DNA of 44,644 nucleotides from a virus (Duplodnaviria; Heunggongvirae; Uroviricota; Caudoviricetes): IMG/VR virus record IMGVR_UViG_2568526230_000009; one strand, 5' to 3'. Shown piece by piece: positions 20,923 to 30,245 of this stretch (position 1 is its first letter; each line of letters starts with the position of its first letter). The notes under the pieces were generated by a model. It saw only the letters and a program-made list of their open reading frames with translations, ran no database searches and was not told where the DNA came from. The position numbers and the translations under genes were made by a program.

Positions 20923-21305
20923 TATTTCATCCCCTTATCTGATTTCCATAAACGAGCTTGTGACATGATCCGCAACAGTGATGTAACGCTGATTACTGAT
21001 GCAACCAGTGCACCAATGGCGGGAGAGACTTTTACTGTTACGGGAGGGTTCAGGTGACTCAGCACCGCGTTCAGAATACCGGTAATGATGGCTGACGCTG
21101 TCTCAGCGCAATACACACCGCCAACAAACGAAATGAGTGCGAAAATAACCTGCTTCCAGAATCGATGCTGCCCGGACGACAACACATAGAGAGCTGCGCC
21201 TGCCAGCGCACAGATCATCACTGCAGGTGTTGCCTCAGGAAATAACGCAGCAAACGTCACCCCCGCCGAGCCAGCAGCAACGCCAGCGGTTAGAGGTTCA
21301 GACAT
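20922..21305 (-). CDS. Holin (start moved to first ATG)
   Basis: Track start at 21386 is TTG; ATG at 21305 has AGGAAA 5 nt upstream. Multiple TM helices. Confidence 0.5.
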   Translation of the reverse strand: MSEPLTAGVAAGSAGVTFAALFPEATPAVMICALAGAALYVLSSGQHRFWKQVIFALISFVGGVYCAETASAIITGILNAVLSHLNPPVTVKVSPAIGALVASVISVTSLLRIMSQARLWKSDKGMK

Positions 21306-21417
21306 GATTTTTCCTGATTCAGAAACGACAAAACCCCGCCGTGGCGAGGTTCTTAGAAATTTGGCAACATACCAAATTAGCGTCAAATATGGCCTATTTT
21401 GTTCGTTTTTGCAAGCA
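21306..21417 (-). promoter_or_regulatory. Candidate late promoter / Q-utilisation / terminator region
   Basis: TTGACG-17 nt-CAAATT followed by a GC hairpin (CCTCGCC..GGCGGGG) and U-rich tract on the minus strand, between Q and holin. Confidence 0.3.
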
Positions 21418-22089
21418 TTATACGCAAACGTCGTCTAAATGGTTCTGATAATGATGCAAAGTTGCAAGAAGTGCCACTTCATCAAGTGCTCTCACCGCCT
21501 CTTTCATTCCTACCCAGTGCAGGGAGTATGTTTCGCACCAGGTGGAACGAGAAACCGACAGCATTCCTGCTAGGGTAGATCCGGCCATCTCCTTAAAATC
21601 CTCGCGTTTATTTGCTGCTGCGACCGCCTGCACGGACAACCACACCAACGAAAGCAGGCGCTTAACTACTTTTCTCTGAGTTGACGCGGGGATGTTTCCT
21701 TTATAGCGACTCCAGACAGCCTCACAAATAGCTGTTTGGTGTTTGAATGCCAGGTTACCACCGTAGCAATAACGCAACCACGCTTGCTGACTTGCATCCA
21801 GCGAGTTCACAGAACGCCGCCAGGATGAATCAGCAAATTCAAAATCACTCATCGGCGGCGCGGGGCGACGTCTGCTGAAACTTTCCAGAGCGTAAACTGG
21901 CGTAACCAGAGCATCAACGGTCCGGTCCTCCAGCTGCACACGGTGAATATGTTTGCGTGGGTATGCGTTTTTGTCTGCCGGTGGGTGCTCACACAATGCT
22001 TCCAGTTGCCCCTTAGAACCACCAGACAAATCCCGCAATGCAGCGCGCAGTTTTATGCGGGTATATTCCAATAAATACTCGTTACTCAT
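21418..22089 (-). CDS. Late antiterminator Q-like protein
   Basis: 223 aa immediately upstream of the lysis cassette; RYCYG-type motif recalled from a Q family. Confidence 0.5.
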   Translation of the reverse strand: MSNEYLLEYTRIKLRAALRDLSGGSKGQLEALCEHPPADKNAYPRKHIHRVQLEDRTVDALVTPVYALESFSRRRPAPPMSDFEFADSSWRRSVNSLDASQQAWLRYCYGGNLAFKHQTAICEAVWSRYKGNIPASTQRKVVKRLLSLVWLSVQAVAAANKREDFKEMAGSTLAGMLSVSRSTWCETYSLHWVGMKEAVRALDEVALLATLHHYQNHLDDVCV

Positions 22090-22382
22090 CAGATAAACTC
22101 CTCATCGCGCCAGATAGCCAGTGTTCTGAAAACTCCCTCAGCGTGCATCAACAACAATGAGTCGTGCTCGTAATCCGTTTTTGTACGTCCGTCGATGGCA
22201 TCGTGACACGCACTGCAGGCGATAGCGCCCTGCATATCGTGAGGTTTGATGGCTGTGCCGCACGTTCCGGCGAGACGATAATGAGCCAGTACGCTGGTTT
22301 CAGGATTGTGATTGCACACACCGGGGATACGCACAGTACAAGCGCGACTGCGTGCAGCTTTTCTCAGGTCGATTTTTTTCAT
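22089..22382 (-). CDS. DUF1364 family protein (YbcO-like)
   Basis: 97 aa; MKKIDLRKAARSRACTVRIPGVCNHNPETSVLAHYRL with Cys/His cluster resembles DLP12 YbcO as recalled. Confidence 0.6.
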   Translation of the reverse strand: MKKIDLRKAARSRACTVRIPGVCNHNPETSVLAHYRLAGTCGTAIKPHDMQGAIACSACHDAIDGRTKTDYEHDSLLLMHAEGVFRTLAIWRDEEFI

Positions 22383-22975
22383 GATGTGTAATCCAGCAGC
22401 TGCGCGGCGGCATTTTCAGCGGCCTCCTGAGAGGCAAATGTGCGGAACAAAATATAATTCCACAGCACATCTAAAACGGCTGAATACAGTTGACCGAACT
22501 CAAGATCGTCCATCGCTGCAAACGAGATTGAACGAGGTACGCGCATCAAACTGCCGTCTGGCATCTGATGAACGTCATAAAACCCAGCTTCCATAATCGC
22601 CCATGCGCGAAACGCCTCGAACGACTTCACCGCACTGATACTCCCCGCGCGCTTTTCCGACTCATCGAGAAGATACTGATCAGCCAGCTCTGCCATGACA
22701 TCACCGTGTCCACCGTAATACGCCAGTAACTTAACGTAGCCGTGAACCAGTTCGCGCTCCGCAGGAGAAATAGCCCCTCCGGACGGATGCCAGTAATCAA
22801 AGCCCAGGTTGAGAAGTGAGAAAAATTTACGATGAAACGCGGGATTACGCGCCTGTTTGAAATCTGCATACACAACAGCACCTGGTTTGACTCGTTCAGT
22901 CAACCAGCGTTGCGTGTCTGGTGTCGCGGGTATTAGCGAACCGCCGGATACCCTGATAAATGAATGCTGCGCCAT
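22379..22975 (-). CDS. nin-region protein (possibly DUF1367-like)
   Basis: 198 aa upstream of ybcO-like gene; family assignment from memory only. Confidence 0.35.
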   Translation of the reverse strand: MAQHSFIRVSGGSLIPATPDTQRWLTERVKPGAVVYADFKQARNPAFHRKFFSLLNLGFDYWHPSGGAISPAERELVHGYVKLLAYYGGHGDVMAELADQYLLDESEKRAGSISAVKSFEAFRAWAIMEAGFYDVHQMPDGSLMRVPRSISFAAMDDLEFGQLYSAVLDVLWNYILFRTFASQEAAENAAAQLLDYTS

Positions 22976-23052
22976 GGTTAACTCCAGGTGGCGCGGCAGT
23001 GTTCAGAAAATGATGCCGGGTGTTCAATCCAGCACCGATATTATACCGTGTT

Positions 23053-23253
23053 TTACGCGTCAGGGGGTGTAATAGTATATCCAGCTATTTCTGCCAACTC
23101 GAGAAACGCCATCAGGCTGGCAATCCGCTCATCATCGGTCAGAACACGCACACCAACGATGTGTCCGTCCTTACGCTTGATAACAGCCCGGCATGTTTCC
23201 GGTAGTTCGCCTATAGATTCTTGAATATTCATGTCTTCCCCCCAATGCCACAA
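23053..23253 (-). CDS. Hypothetical small protein
   Basis: 66 aa ORF abutting the IS. Confidence 0.25.
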   Translation of the reverse strand: MWHWGEDMNIQESIGELPETCRAVIKRKDGHIVGVRVLTDDERIASLMAFLELAEIAGYTITPPDA

Positions 23254-23254
23254 C

Positions 23255-24575
23255 CTGTATATTTATGGGTCTTCCCCGATCATGGTGGGAAGACTCAGTA
23301 CGCCATATTCAGTTTCCCATAGTGGAACATAACTCCCAGTTTAAAGCGTTCCCGGTTTCGGTATCCCCTGGCCTTTATCCTCAGCAGTCTGATCTTGCTG
23401 TTCAGCGCCTCCGCATTTCCATTCGAGACGCGATGACGCATTGCATTCAGTATTCCGTATAACCGTTTTTTAATGGTTTTCGCTGCGTTTTTCATCATCG
23501 GCACATCACATTCAGACGCCAGCGATATCCACTGCAACCAGTCATTCCTGCGTTCTGTGCTCCAGGGGCGATCCCAGATATTTTTTGCCAGCTCTTTCAG
23601 TGTCCAGCACTGGCTTGTCTGTTGCATCTGTTCCCGCAACCACATCAGCTTTTCCTGCCGGGACTCAGTCATCCATTTGTCGCTGTACTGCCACAGGAAG
23701 CGGGTACCTTTGGCCTGACGACGACTTTCAACAGGGAGGTGCGGATGTTCATTCTGGCGGGTTTTATCAACCACTTCGCCCAGTTGCTTCGCCACATGGA
23801 AGCGATCGAAGGCGATTTTCTCGACCGCATTGGGTAAATGGATACGCGCTGCTCTTATATAGCCCGCATTCATGTCCATCGACAGTGTTTTGATGGCCAA
23901 CAACTGACTGTCAGTAAGCGAACGGAGATAGCTGGCAAGACTCTCTGTGCCACGATCATCGGTTAATGCCAGTGCCCGCCCGTCGCGATCAGATACCACG
24001 GTTATATACCTATGCCCTTTTTTAAAGGCGACTTCGTCTACATTCATATGACGCACTGATAAAGGCTTTTTAATCCGCGACAGGCCTCGCTTAACCGCGC
24101 GGGTCATGATGCCGTCAACGGCATTCCAGCTAAGTTTAAGTTGTTTTCTGACCGCATCAACGGTGCTGATTTTAAGCCATGAGAGCACGAACGATTCGAA
24201 CAGCAGAGTGTACCGACTGCCGGAACCTGCCCACGGTACAGGCAGAGTCTGGCAGCCATGCTCCGGGCACATAACGCGGGGAACATCGGCTTCTACTAAT
24301 GTCATGAACTGGCAGGTATCAAGGTGGCGCCATTTACGATGTCGGTGATCGTGAACAGAACAGGATTTCCTGCAGGTCGGACAGGTTAACTGAGTATTTT
24401 CAGCAATTCCGACTGTAACAGTAACGGAACCTGCATTTTCATCGAGGGTAAGGGATTTAACCTGCCATGGTGCAGTCAGGTTAAGGATATGGGCATAGAG
24501 GGATTTTTCGTCCATATAATTTCATTCTGAAGCTTACTTTAAACTGATATTATTATTTTTTGCACACTTTCTTAA
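23255..24575 (-). mobile_element. ISL3-family insertion sequence (ends approximate)
   Basis: Single transposase ORF; terminal inverted repeats could not be resolved by eye. Confidence 0.4.
23295..24515 (-). CDS. ISL3-family transposase
   Basis: 406 aa; N-terminal zinc-finger-like CPTCRKSCSVHDHRHRKWRHLDTC and overall ISL3 architecture. Confidence 0.7.
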   Translation of the reverse strand: MDEKSLYAHILNLTAPWQVKSLTLDENAGSVTVTVGIAENTQLTCPTCRKSCSVHDHRHRKWRHLDTCQFMTLVEADVPRVMCPEHGCQTLPVPWAGSGSRYTLLFESFVLSWLKISTVDAVRKQLKLSWNAVDGIMTRAVKRGLSRIKKPLSVRHMNVDEVAFKKGHRYITVVSDRDGRALALTDDRGTESLASYLRSLTDSQLLAIKTLSMDMNAGYIRAARIHLPNAVEKIAFDRFHVAKQLGEVVDKTRQNEHPHLPVESRRQAKGTRFLWQYSDKWMTESRQEKLMWLREQMQQTSQCWTLKELAKNIWDRPWSTERRNDWLQWISLASECDVPMMKNAAKTIKKRLYGILNAMRHRVSNGNAEALNSKIRLLRIKARGYRNRERFKLGVMFHYGKLNMAY

Positions 24576-25052
24576 TCTTCCATTAGCGTTGGCGTAAGGC
24601 GAAGATGTGTTAAATGAGATCATTCTCCCCATCGTCCATTTTGTGTACCATGGTCTTCCATACAAAATATCATCGGTACGATCATTAATAAGGTTCACAA
24701 TCTCATTTTTTACAGTCTGAAGTTCAGCTACTAACAACTCATAACTTAACTCACTGTAATCTGAGTAAAATTTTTGAGCAAGAAGGCCAAGCTGATTCCA
24801 TTTATAGCCAGTTTCCGGAAAATCGACAGGCAGACCTTTAGCATCAGAAGCGATCCACTTTACAACAAGAGCATTCCATCCAAGCAGATACGAAACGAGA
24901 TCACGAACACTCATCTCCGTTCCTTTGGCGTGTCCGTCCATTGATTTATCTGAAGTAATTTCTGGTGGGATTGTGTTGAGGTAACTAATTAATTTACTAA
25001 AATTTTTATCAATAGCTAAAAGCAGTTCAGCTTTTGTTTGCGGCACACTCAT
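24534..25052 (-). CDS. ClbS/DfsB-family protein (DUF1706)
   Basis: 172 aa; EGHAKGT, LVSYLLGW, YGRPWYTKWTMGRMISFNTSSPYANANGRL resemble ClbS as recalled. Confidence 0.7.
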   Translation of the reverse strand: MSVPQTKAELLLAIDKNFSKLISYLNTIPPEITSDKSMDGHAKGTEMSVRDLVSYLLGWNALVVKWIASDAKGLPVDFPETGYKWNQLGLLAQKFYSDYSELSYELLVAELQTVKNEIVNLINDRTDDILYGRPWYTKWTMGRMISFNTSSPYANANGRLRKCAKNNNISLK

Positions 25053-25276
25053 AAGAATTCCCTCTCATGTAAAAAGAGACACCATAAAGGTACTGTGTGG
25101 TGTTTGAAAATCGCTCAATTATGTACCACCCACCACAACAGGGGAAGACCCATATTTATACAGTATTTTATGGCATTTGTCATAACGCCAAATACAATGA
25201 GGGAATAATGAACAATTATATTCACGTCGTGAATTTTATTAAACGGTTTTATAGGGGATTAAACCGTTTATGGTCA

Positions 25277-25918
25277 TTATTTATCACTCCTGTAAATTGG
25301 AATTAACCATTTTCTAATCGTCGACGCTGCAGGTGGGTCAGAGTATTTCGCCACAAAAATACCGGATATGTATTGCACGCCACGCGATAATGGCGCTGTC
25401 GGGTTTTCAGTAAAAAAACGATCAGCCAGTTCAATGGCTTCGCTTTTTAATCTGTGCTGTGGTCGTCCTCCGCCCTTTGTTCCCAGGTATCGCGCCAGTT
25501 GTTTGAAACGGTAGGCGATGATTAACGGTCGCATCATCATATTGAAAAAATCGCGGGCATCGTTGTCAGCGCCTTGCGCTATCAACAGTGCAAAAAACAG
25601 ATACGGGATTATGTACACTTCAGGAGATATACGAACCCGTTCACAAGTTGGTGGAGCCAACTCAATAAGTAAGTCAGCCAGCGGATTCCCCTTTTCTCCA
25701 CGTTTGTAATAGCGATACAGCGGCCCGATATCAAGTTCACTCACGTCGATTTCAGGATGCCCGGCAACGACTGTACGTATCTCTTCTGCCAGAGCGTCAA
25801 ATATTGCCCCGGTCCGTTCAAGATAGAGCCTCCGGGTCGAACCGCGATCATCCAACGCCCGTAACATATCTAACCGGCTAACGAAAGTTTCAGGCCAGTC
25901 CTCATAGAAGGTTTTCAT
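25277..25918 (-). CDS. Hypothetical protein (start moved to ATG)
   Basis: Track start 25954 is GTG; ATG at 25918 has GAGGT upstream. One hydrophobic segment (VYIIPYLFFALLIAQGA). Confidence 0.4.
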   Translation of the reverse strand: MKTFYEDWPETFVSRLDMLRALDDRGSTRRLYLERTGAIFDALAEEIRTVVAGHPEIDVSELDIGPLYRYYKRGEKGNPLADLLIELAPPTCERVRISPEVYIIPYLFFALLIAQGADNDARDFFNMMMRPLIIAYRFKQLARYLGTKGGGRPQHRLKSEAIELADRFFTENPTAPLSRGVQYISGIFVAKYSDPPAASTIRKWLIPIYRSDK

Positions 25919-26161
25919 AATTACCTCGAATAATAAAAACTGCACTATTTGCACAATTTATTATTCGTTTTCACGCCGCTGAGTTCTATAAAAAAGAAAA
26001 AACCTCCGAGGCAGGGTTTTGTTATGGCTCGTTAAATCATCATCCAACTTTTTAGACTGAACGGTGATACTTGCAAATATTTGAAAATATGGGCTGGAAC
26101 CCTATCTTATGATGTGCCTGGTAATTTATATTGTTGGGTCTTTATATCATGAGGAATCACT

Positions 26162-26395
26162 ATGGGTACGTTAGGCAACCAGCCGTGCAGAAGTCGTTAT
26201 GAGTTCGATGATTTTAATTTAGCCAATCGAGCTGCGGCTCTTACTAAGTTAGCAAAAGAAACTGGTGTATCGGTGGATACCTTAATCAAACTTGAAATTG
26301 CTATGCAACTGAATCGGCTCAACTCCATCCTTATCGAAAACGGTGACAAGATGGACGAGAATCTGGCAGGTATTGGCGAGATACTGCAGAAGTGA
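26162..26395 (+). CDS. Small HTH-like protein
   Basis: 77 aa; GAGGAA SD 5 nt upstream; LAKETGVSVDTLIKLEIA looks like a helix-turn-helix; hairpin follows the stop. Confidence 0.4.
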   Translation: MGTLGNQPCRSRYEFDDFNLANRAAALTKLAKETGVSVDTLIKLEIAMQLNRLNSILIENGDKMDENLAGIGEILQK

Positions 26396-26401
26396 GAGTA
26401 G

Positions 26402-26420
26402 CCCCTCTTCTGAGGGGTTG
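26402..26420 (+). terminator. Stem-loop after the 77-aa gene
   Basis: CCCCTC-TTCT-GAGGGG followed by TTG. Confidence 0.3.
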
Positions 26421-26793
26421 CACATTTAAAATATTAAGGGCGGTCTTCTTCACGTACACAGTCACCTGGTCGAATCGTTCACGCATACTGAGTACAAAAA
26501 ATCTCAACGATAAGATCAGGTTAGACCTGTATTTTCCAGAAACATATAGACGCCTAAAAAAACACTAAACTCATGATTATCATGTATGTTTTTACTGGAA
26601 ACATTGAACCATCCACAATACAGCGTAAAAAGCAAGCAATTCACAAGATTTTAAAGTGATTTATCTGGAAGACTTTACTACTAACAGTTAATATCGTACC
26701 AGAAGTGCAGAATTTGCACTTTTACAGGAATGTGGTACGGAACATGCTGTCTATATTTCAACCAATAATCGTAATGCAGTAACTGGAGGAGCT

Positions 26794-27282
26794 ATGGCTA
26801 CCAACCCAAGAGAGCACGCCCGGCGAGTGCTGGACACGTTCTGGTGCGGGCGTGGTTTCCCTGTTGATCCAGCGAAAATTGCTCACGACATGGGATTAGA
26901 TGTTTTTATTACCGATCTTCCTGGGAAAGTTTCTGGCGCACTGATTAAACAAAAAGATCAAGATCCAGCGATCTTTCTAAACAGTGATGACAACAAAGTT
27001 CGTCAACGTTTTTCATGTGGGCATGAGTTGGGGCATTACATCGCCCGGCAAGCATCGCATAGCGATGAATATGAGTACGTTGATTTACGTGGCGAAACCG
27101 CAAGCGCCGGAACGCATCCTGATGAAATTTTTGCAAACAAGTTCGCAGCAGAACTTCTGATGCCGGTAGATGAGGTCAGAAAACTGCACGCTGACGGTCA
27201 ACCAAGTTATATAATGGCGCATTATTTTGGCGTATCTGACGATGCGATGACTTATCGTTTAAAGAACTTGAGGTTGGGGTAA
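26794..27282 (+). CDS. ImmA/IrrE-family zinc metallopeptidase (COG2856-like)
   Basis: 162 aa with HEXXH motif (CGHELGHYI); GGAGGA SD upstream. Confidence 0.65.
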   Translation: MATNPREHARRVLDTFWCGRGFPVDPAKIAHDMGLDVFITDLPGKVSGALIKQKDQDPAIFLNSDDNKVRQRFSCGHELGHYIARQASHSDEYEYVDLRGETASAGTHPDEIFANKFAAELLMPVDEVRKLHADGQPSYIMAHYFGVSDDAMTYRLKNLRLG

Positions 27283-27291
27283 CGCTTTAAA

Positions 27292-27897
27292 ATGCCATCG
27301 GATGACGATTTTAACAGCCGTTTCAAACAGGAAGTAGCACGCAGACTGAAGGATTCCCTCAACCTACACCGTCAGTTAGCAGAAGAGGTTGAGCCGGAGG
27401 ACGATGAAACTCCGGTTCAGTCTCCTGACGAAGCTTCACCTCAGCCAAAGGTTTCGCACGCCCCCAAAAAAACGGCTGTCCGTATTCGCGGAATAGCCAG
27501 AAAAAGAGCTGCCGAAGCTCGCAAAATGGCTGTAGCTGCGTCTAGCAAAAGAATTCCAACTGCTACACCCTCTCAACAAGTCACCCGTACTGAGAGTAAA
27601 ATCTTGACCGAGTTCACATCTGTGAAACAGGTGAATTCACTTGATACCGAGCATGAGCGCAAACAACTCAACAACAAAGATTTTGAAGCAGAAATCGCTC
27701 TAAAAAAACGATACGGGAAATGGTTCCTGATTATCCTTGCTTTCCAACTTCTGATAATGAATGGTGTATTTATTGCCGACGGCGCAGGTAAGCTGGAATT
27801 TGAGGATTTAACACTACAGTTGTACATGGGCGGTACTTTGACAGAGGTATTCGGCCTCGTGCTGGTCGTGACAAAATACCTTTTTAAACGCAAGTAA
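27292..27897 (+). CDS. Membrane protein with charged N-terminal region and two C-terminal TM helices
   Basis: 201 aa, starts 9 nt after ImmA-like stop; 3-prime end is duplicated at 31233-31318. Confidence 0.5.
   Translation: MPSDDDFNSRFKQEVARRLKDSLNLHRQLAEEVEPEDDETPVQSPDEASPQPKVSHAPKKTAVRIRGIARKRAAEARKMAVAASSKRIPTATPSQQVTRTESKILTEFTSVKQVNSLDTEHERKQLNNKDFEAEIALKKRYGKWFLIILAFQLLIMNGVFIADGAGKLEFEDLTLQLYMGGTLTEVFGLVLVVTKYLFKRK
27811..27897 (+). repeat. Direct repeat copy 1 (3-prime end of membrane protein gene)
   Basis: About 92% identical to 31233-31318 by manual alignment. Confidence 0.8.
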
Positions 27898-27921
27898 CTC
27901 TCTCGGTCCAACAGTCTTTCG

Positions 27922-27943
27922 AAGGCCCTGATCAAAGGGCCTT
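27922..27943 (+). terminator. Stem-loop downstream of membrane protein gene
   Basis: AAGGCCCT-GATCAA-AGGGCCTT. Confidence 0.35.
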
Positions 27944-28140
27944 GATAAATTAGCAGTGCGTTGAAAACAGATAGTTATTCCCATCAGTTCCAACGTAATA
28001 CACATCAAAAAAATCACCATTCTTTTGCTCTAACGTCAACACCTACCCTTAAAAAAATAATTCTCCAAGAATGAGAAAGTTATTGTGTGTATTAGATAAG
28101 ATATGAGCTGACACATCTATGGCGTGGAGCCAAATTTAAT

Positions 28141-28172
28141 ATGACAGTCCGCTCTGTGCCATAAGCGGACTG
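28141..28172. other. Perfect 11-bp inverted repeat between convergent genes
   Basis: GACAGTCCGCT-10 nt-AGCGGACTGTC. Confidence 0.5.
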
Positions 28173-28359
28173 TCAATAAACAGATTCACTTGTAAATCTT
28201 GAAGCTATACATATTTACTTTCAATGATAAATAAAAGAACTATCCAAAAATCACTGAGAGCATATTTTAACTAACCCTCCGCTACTATTAACATAAATTT
28301 CACCCAACCATAATTAAATTGATACATATAGCAACTTACCTTGATACGAATCATCTGGG

Positions 28360-29058
28360 TTATATTTTTCCATATTTTTTTCCGTCAAATCGAATCATGC
28401 CAGGATCAAGAAAATTAATTAAATCGATTAACGCGTGCTGTATTCTGATTAGCCTTTCTTTATAAATTCCGATATCTCTTGTCATATTTATCACTTCATT
28501 GTTTAAATCTAAAAAAAATGGCTCATTGATAAAGCAATTTTCCTTTGTGAAACTGCCGTAACCTATGCAATCAAATCCAGTATCTGTTGATATCAGCATC
28601 TTTTCTGCAATAGCTCTCTGCTCTCCTATGAAAAACATAAAATACTGACCAAAGACGTCTGTTTGGATTAATGAGTTAATATTGTTCTGTAATCTAATAA
28701 ACTCCCTCATTTTTTTATTTTTTTCTAGGCTAAGGTATTGAATGTCTATGCGGGCAGCTTCTGTCCATGCAAAAAACTGGGAAAAAAGAAAAACAGTATT
28801 GTTGATAACATAATCTTGTTGGCGCTTATTCCCATTATGATAAAACTCTTCAATGAACCCCAATTCTAATATATTATAAATACGGCTTTGTAAGTCTGAA
28901 GCTGAGCGAATTAACGGTTCAATATAGTACTGATGTTTTCTCCTTACATCCAGTGATTCATTGAGCTTGTTTATTCTATTCTGATTATAAGTAGATATAG
29001 CAATAGAGATTATAGCTATTGCACCACTAATAAAGCTTGAAATTAATGCCGTACCCAT
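28360..29058 (-). CDS. Hypothetical protein with N-terminal TM helix, in low-GC DNA
   Basis: 232 aa; strongly AT-rich codon usage unlike the phage backbone. Confidence 0.5.
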   Translation of the reverse strand: MGTALISSFISGAIAIISIAISTYNQNRINKLNESLDVRRKHQYYIEPLIRSASDLQSRIYNILELGFIEEFYHNGNKRQQDYVINNTVFLFSQFFAWTEAARIDIQYLSLEKNKKMREFIRLQNNINSLIQTDVFGQYFMFFIGEQRAIAEKMLISTDTGFDCIGYGSFTKENCFINEPFFLDLNNEVINMTRDIGIYKERLIRIQHALIDLINFLDPGMIRFDGKKYGKI

Positions 29059-30245
29059 CTAAAAGTCCTTTGATTCTTGCTTGGTTAACAAAATGACATA
29101 ATTTTATTTAATGCCATAACAACTTAACAATATATCATAATATGATTATTATGGTGTAGCTTGTCGCATCTACGCTCCATTACAAACAGATGTAAGATAT
29201 AACCTATATGTTTTAGCCAGCAAATTCGAAAGCATTCAAAGTAGTCTCATCGAACTCTCGAAACCCTATGTCTTCGGGTATAAAATATTTAAATCCATTT
29301 GCATAATATCGACTCATGTTTATTATATTCTCCCCATTCACCATTAAGATTTGACATTATTTTCAACAATCGGTTATTGCAAGATTGAAATATATTTTTA
29401 CTTGACACAATATTCCATGTAGCCCAGCGATTCGACTTACCCCCAACTATACGGACAATCTAAATTAAATCGATGATTTTTTGATACATTCTCCTCTCTC
29501 CATTACTTTATGTTTTTGTTCCCCAAAAATACCTTGCTCTCTAAAAAATAATTGTTCTTTAAGTTCAAAATCGAGATCTACATGAGCGTTAGATACAAAG
29601 CTAATATGTTGAAATGTCTTTCCCCCCCCATAACGGCATTGTTATCTAAACTATGTTACACAAATATAATATTACCCTTTCAACGTAATCCAAGAATAAG
29701 ATTAATGCCATTATATATATCATAAATATGATATTTTGTATATTTTTATCATTTAGCCTTGATTGTACTAGGTGTACTCTCAACGAAGTAGGGAAAGTCT
29801 GTTCCTCGCTCACAGCTGCCCTTCAGTAAGCGAAAAAATGCCTACTCGGTGCCATATACAGCCATTGTTATTAACAGCAGGGAATAATTCAAAACTGAAA
29901 TTAAATATCTACCTTTTACAGTAGAAATAGTTCCTCCAGGACACTATCCATTGCCGGGCACAATCACTCGGGGTATAACGATATAAAATATGTTCATGAT
30001 AGTGCAGGTTCGTATATTAAGTTCAGCAGCGAAAACATGCCTTACAGGTTTCCGGTTTTGGGAGCGTCGTTACAGGATCCTGCGCATACCGTTCCCATCT
30101 GTTGAATTAAAGGTTTCACAGCCTTTGCCGATATCACCTTTTACCTTACCTGTGATGCGTTCAGTGCTCAGCGTTGTTTACTGTAGCTCTCGGGACTGAT
30201 TACAGACCGCGTCTTAAAAACCAATCCTTACTCTAAAGGGAATTC

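Noticed and set aside
23338-24558. 10-bp match CAGTTTAAAG at both ends of the IS region as terminal inverted repeats
   Set aside because: The left copy lies inside the transposase coding sequence, so it cannot be the IS terminus.
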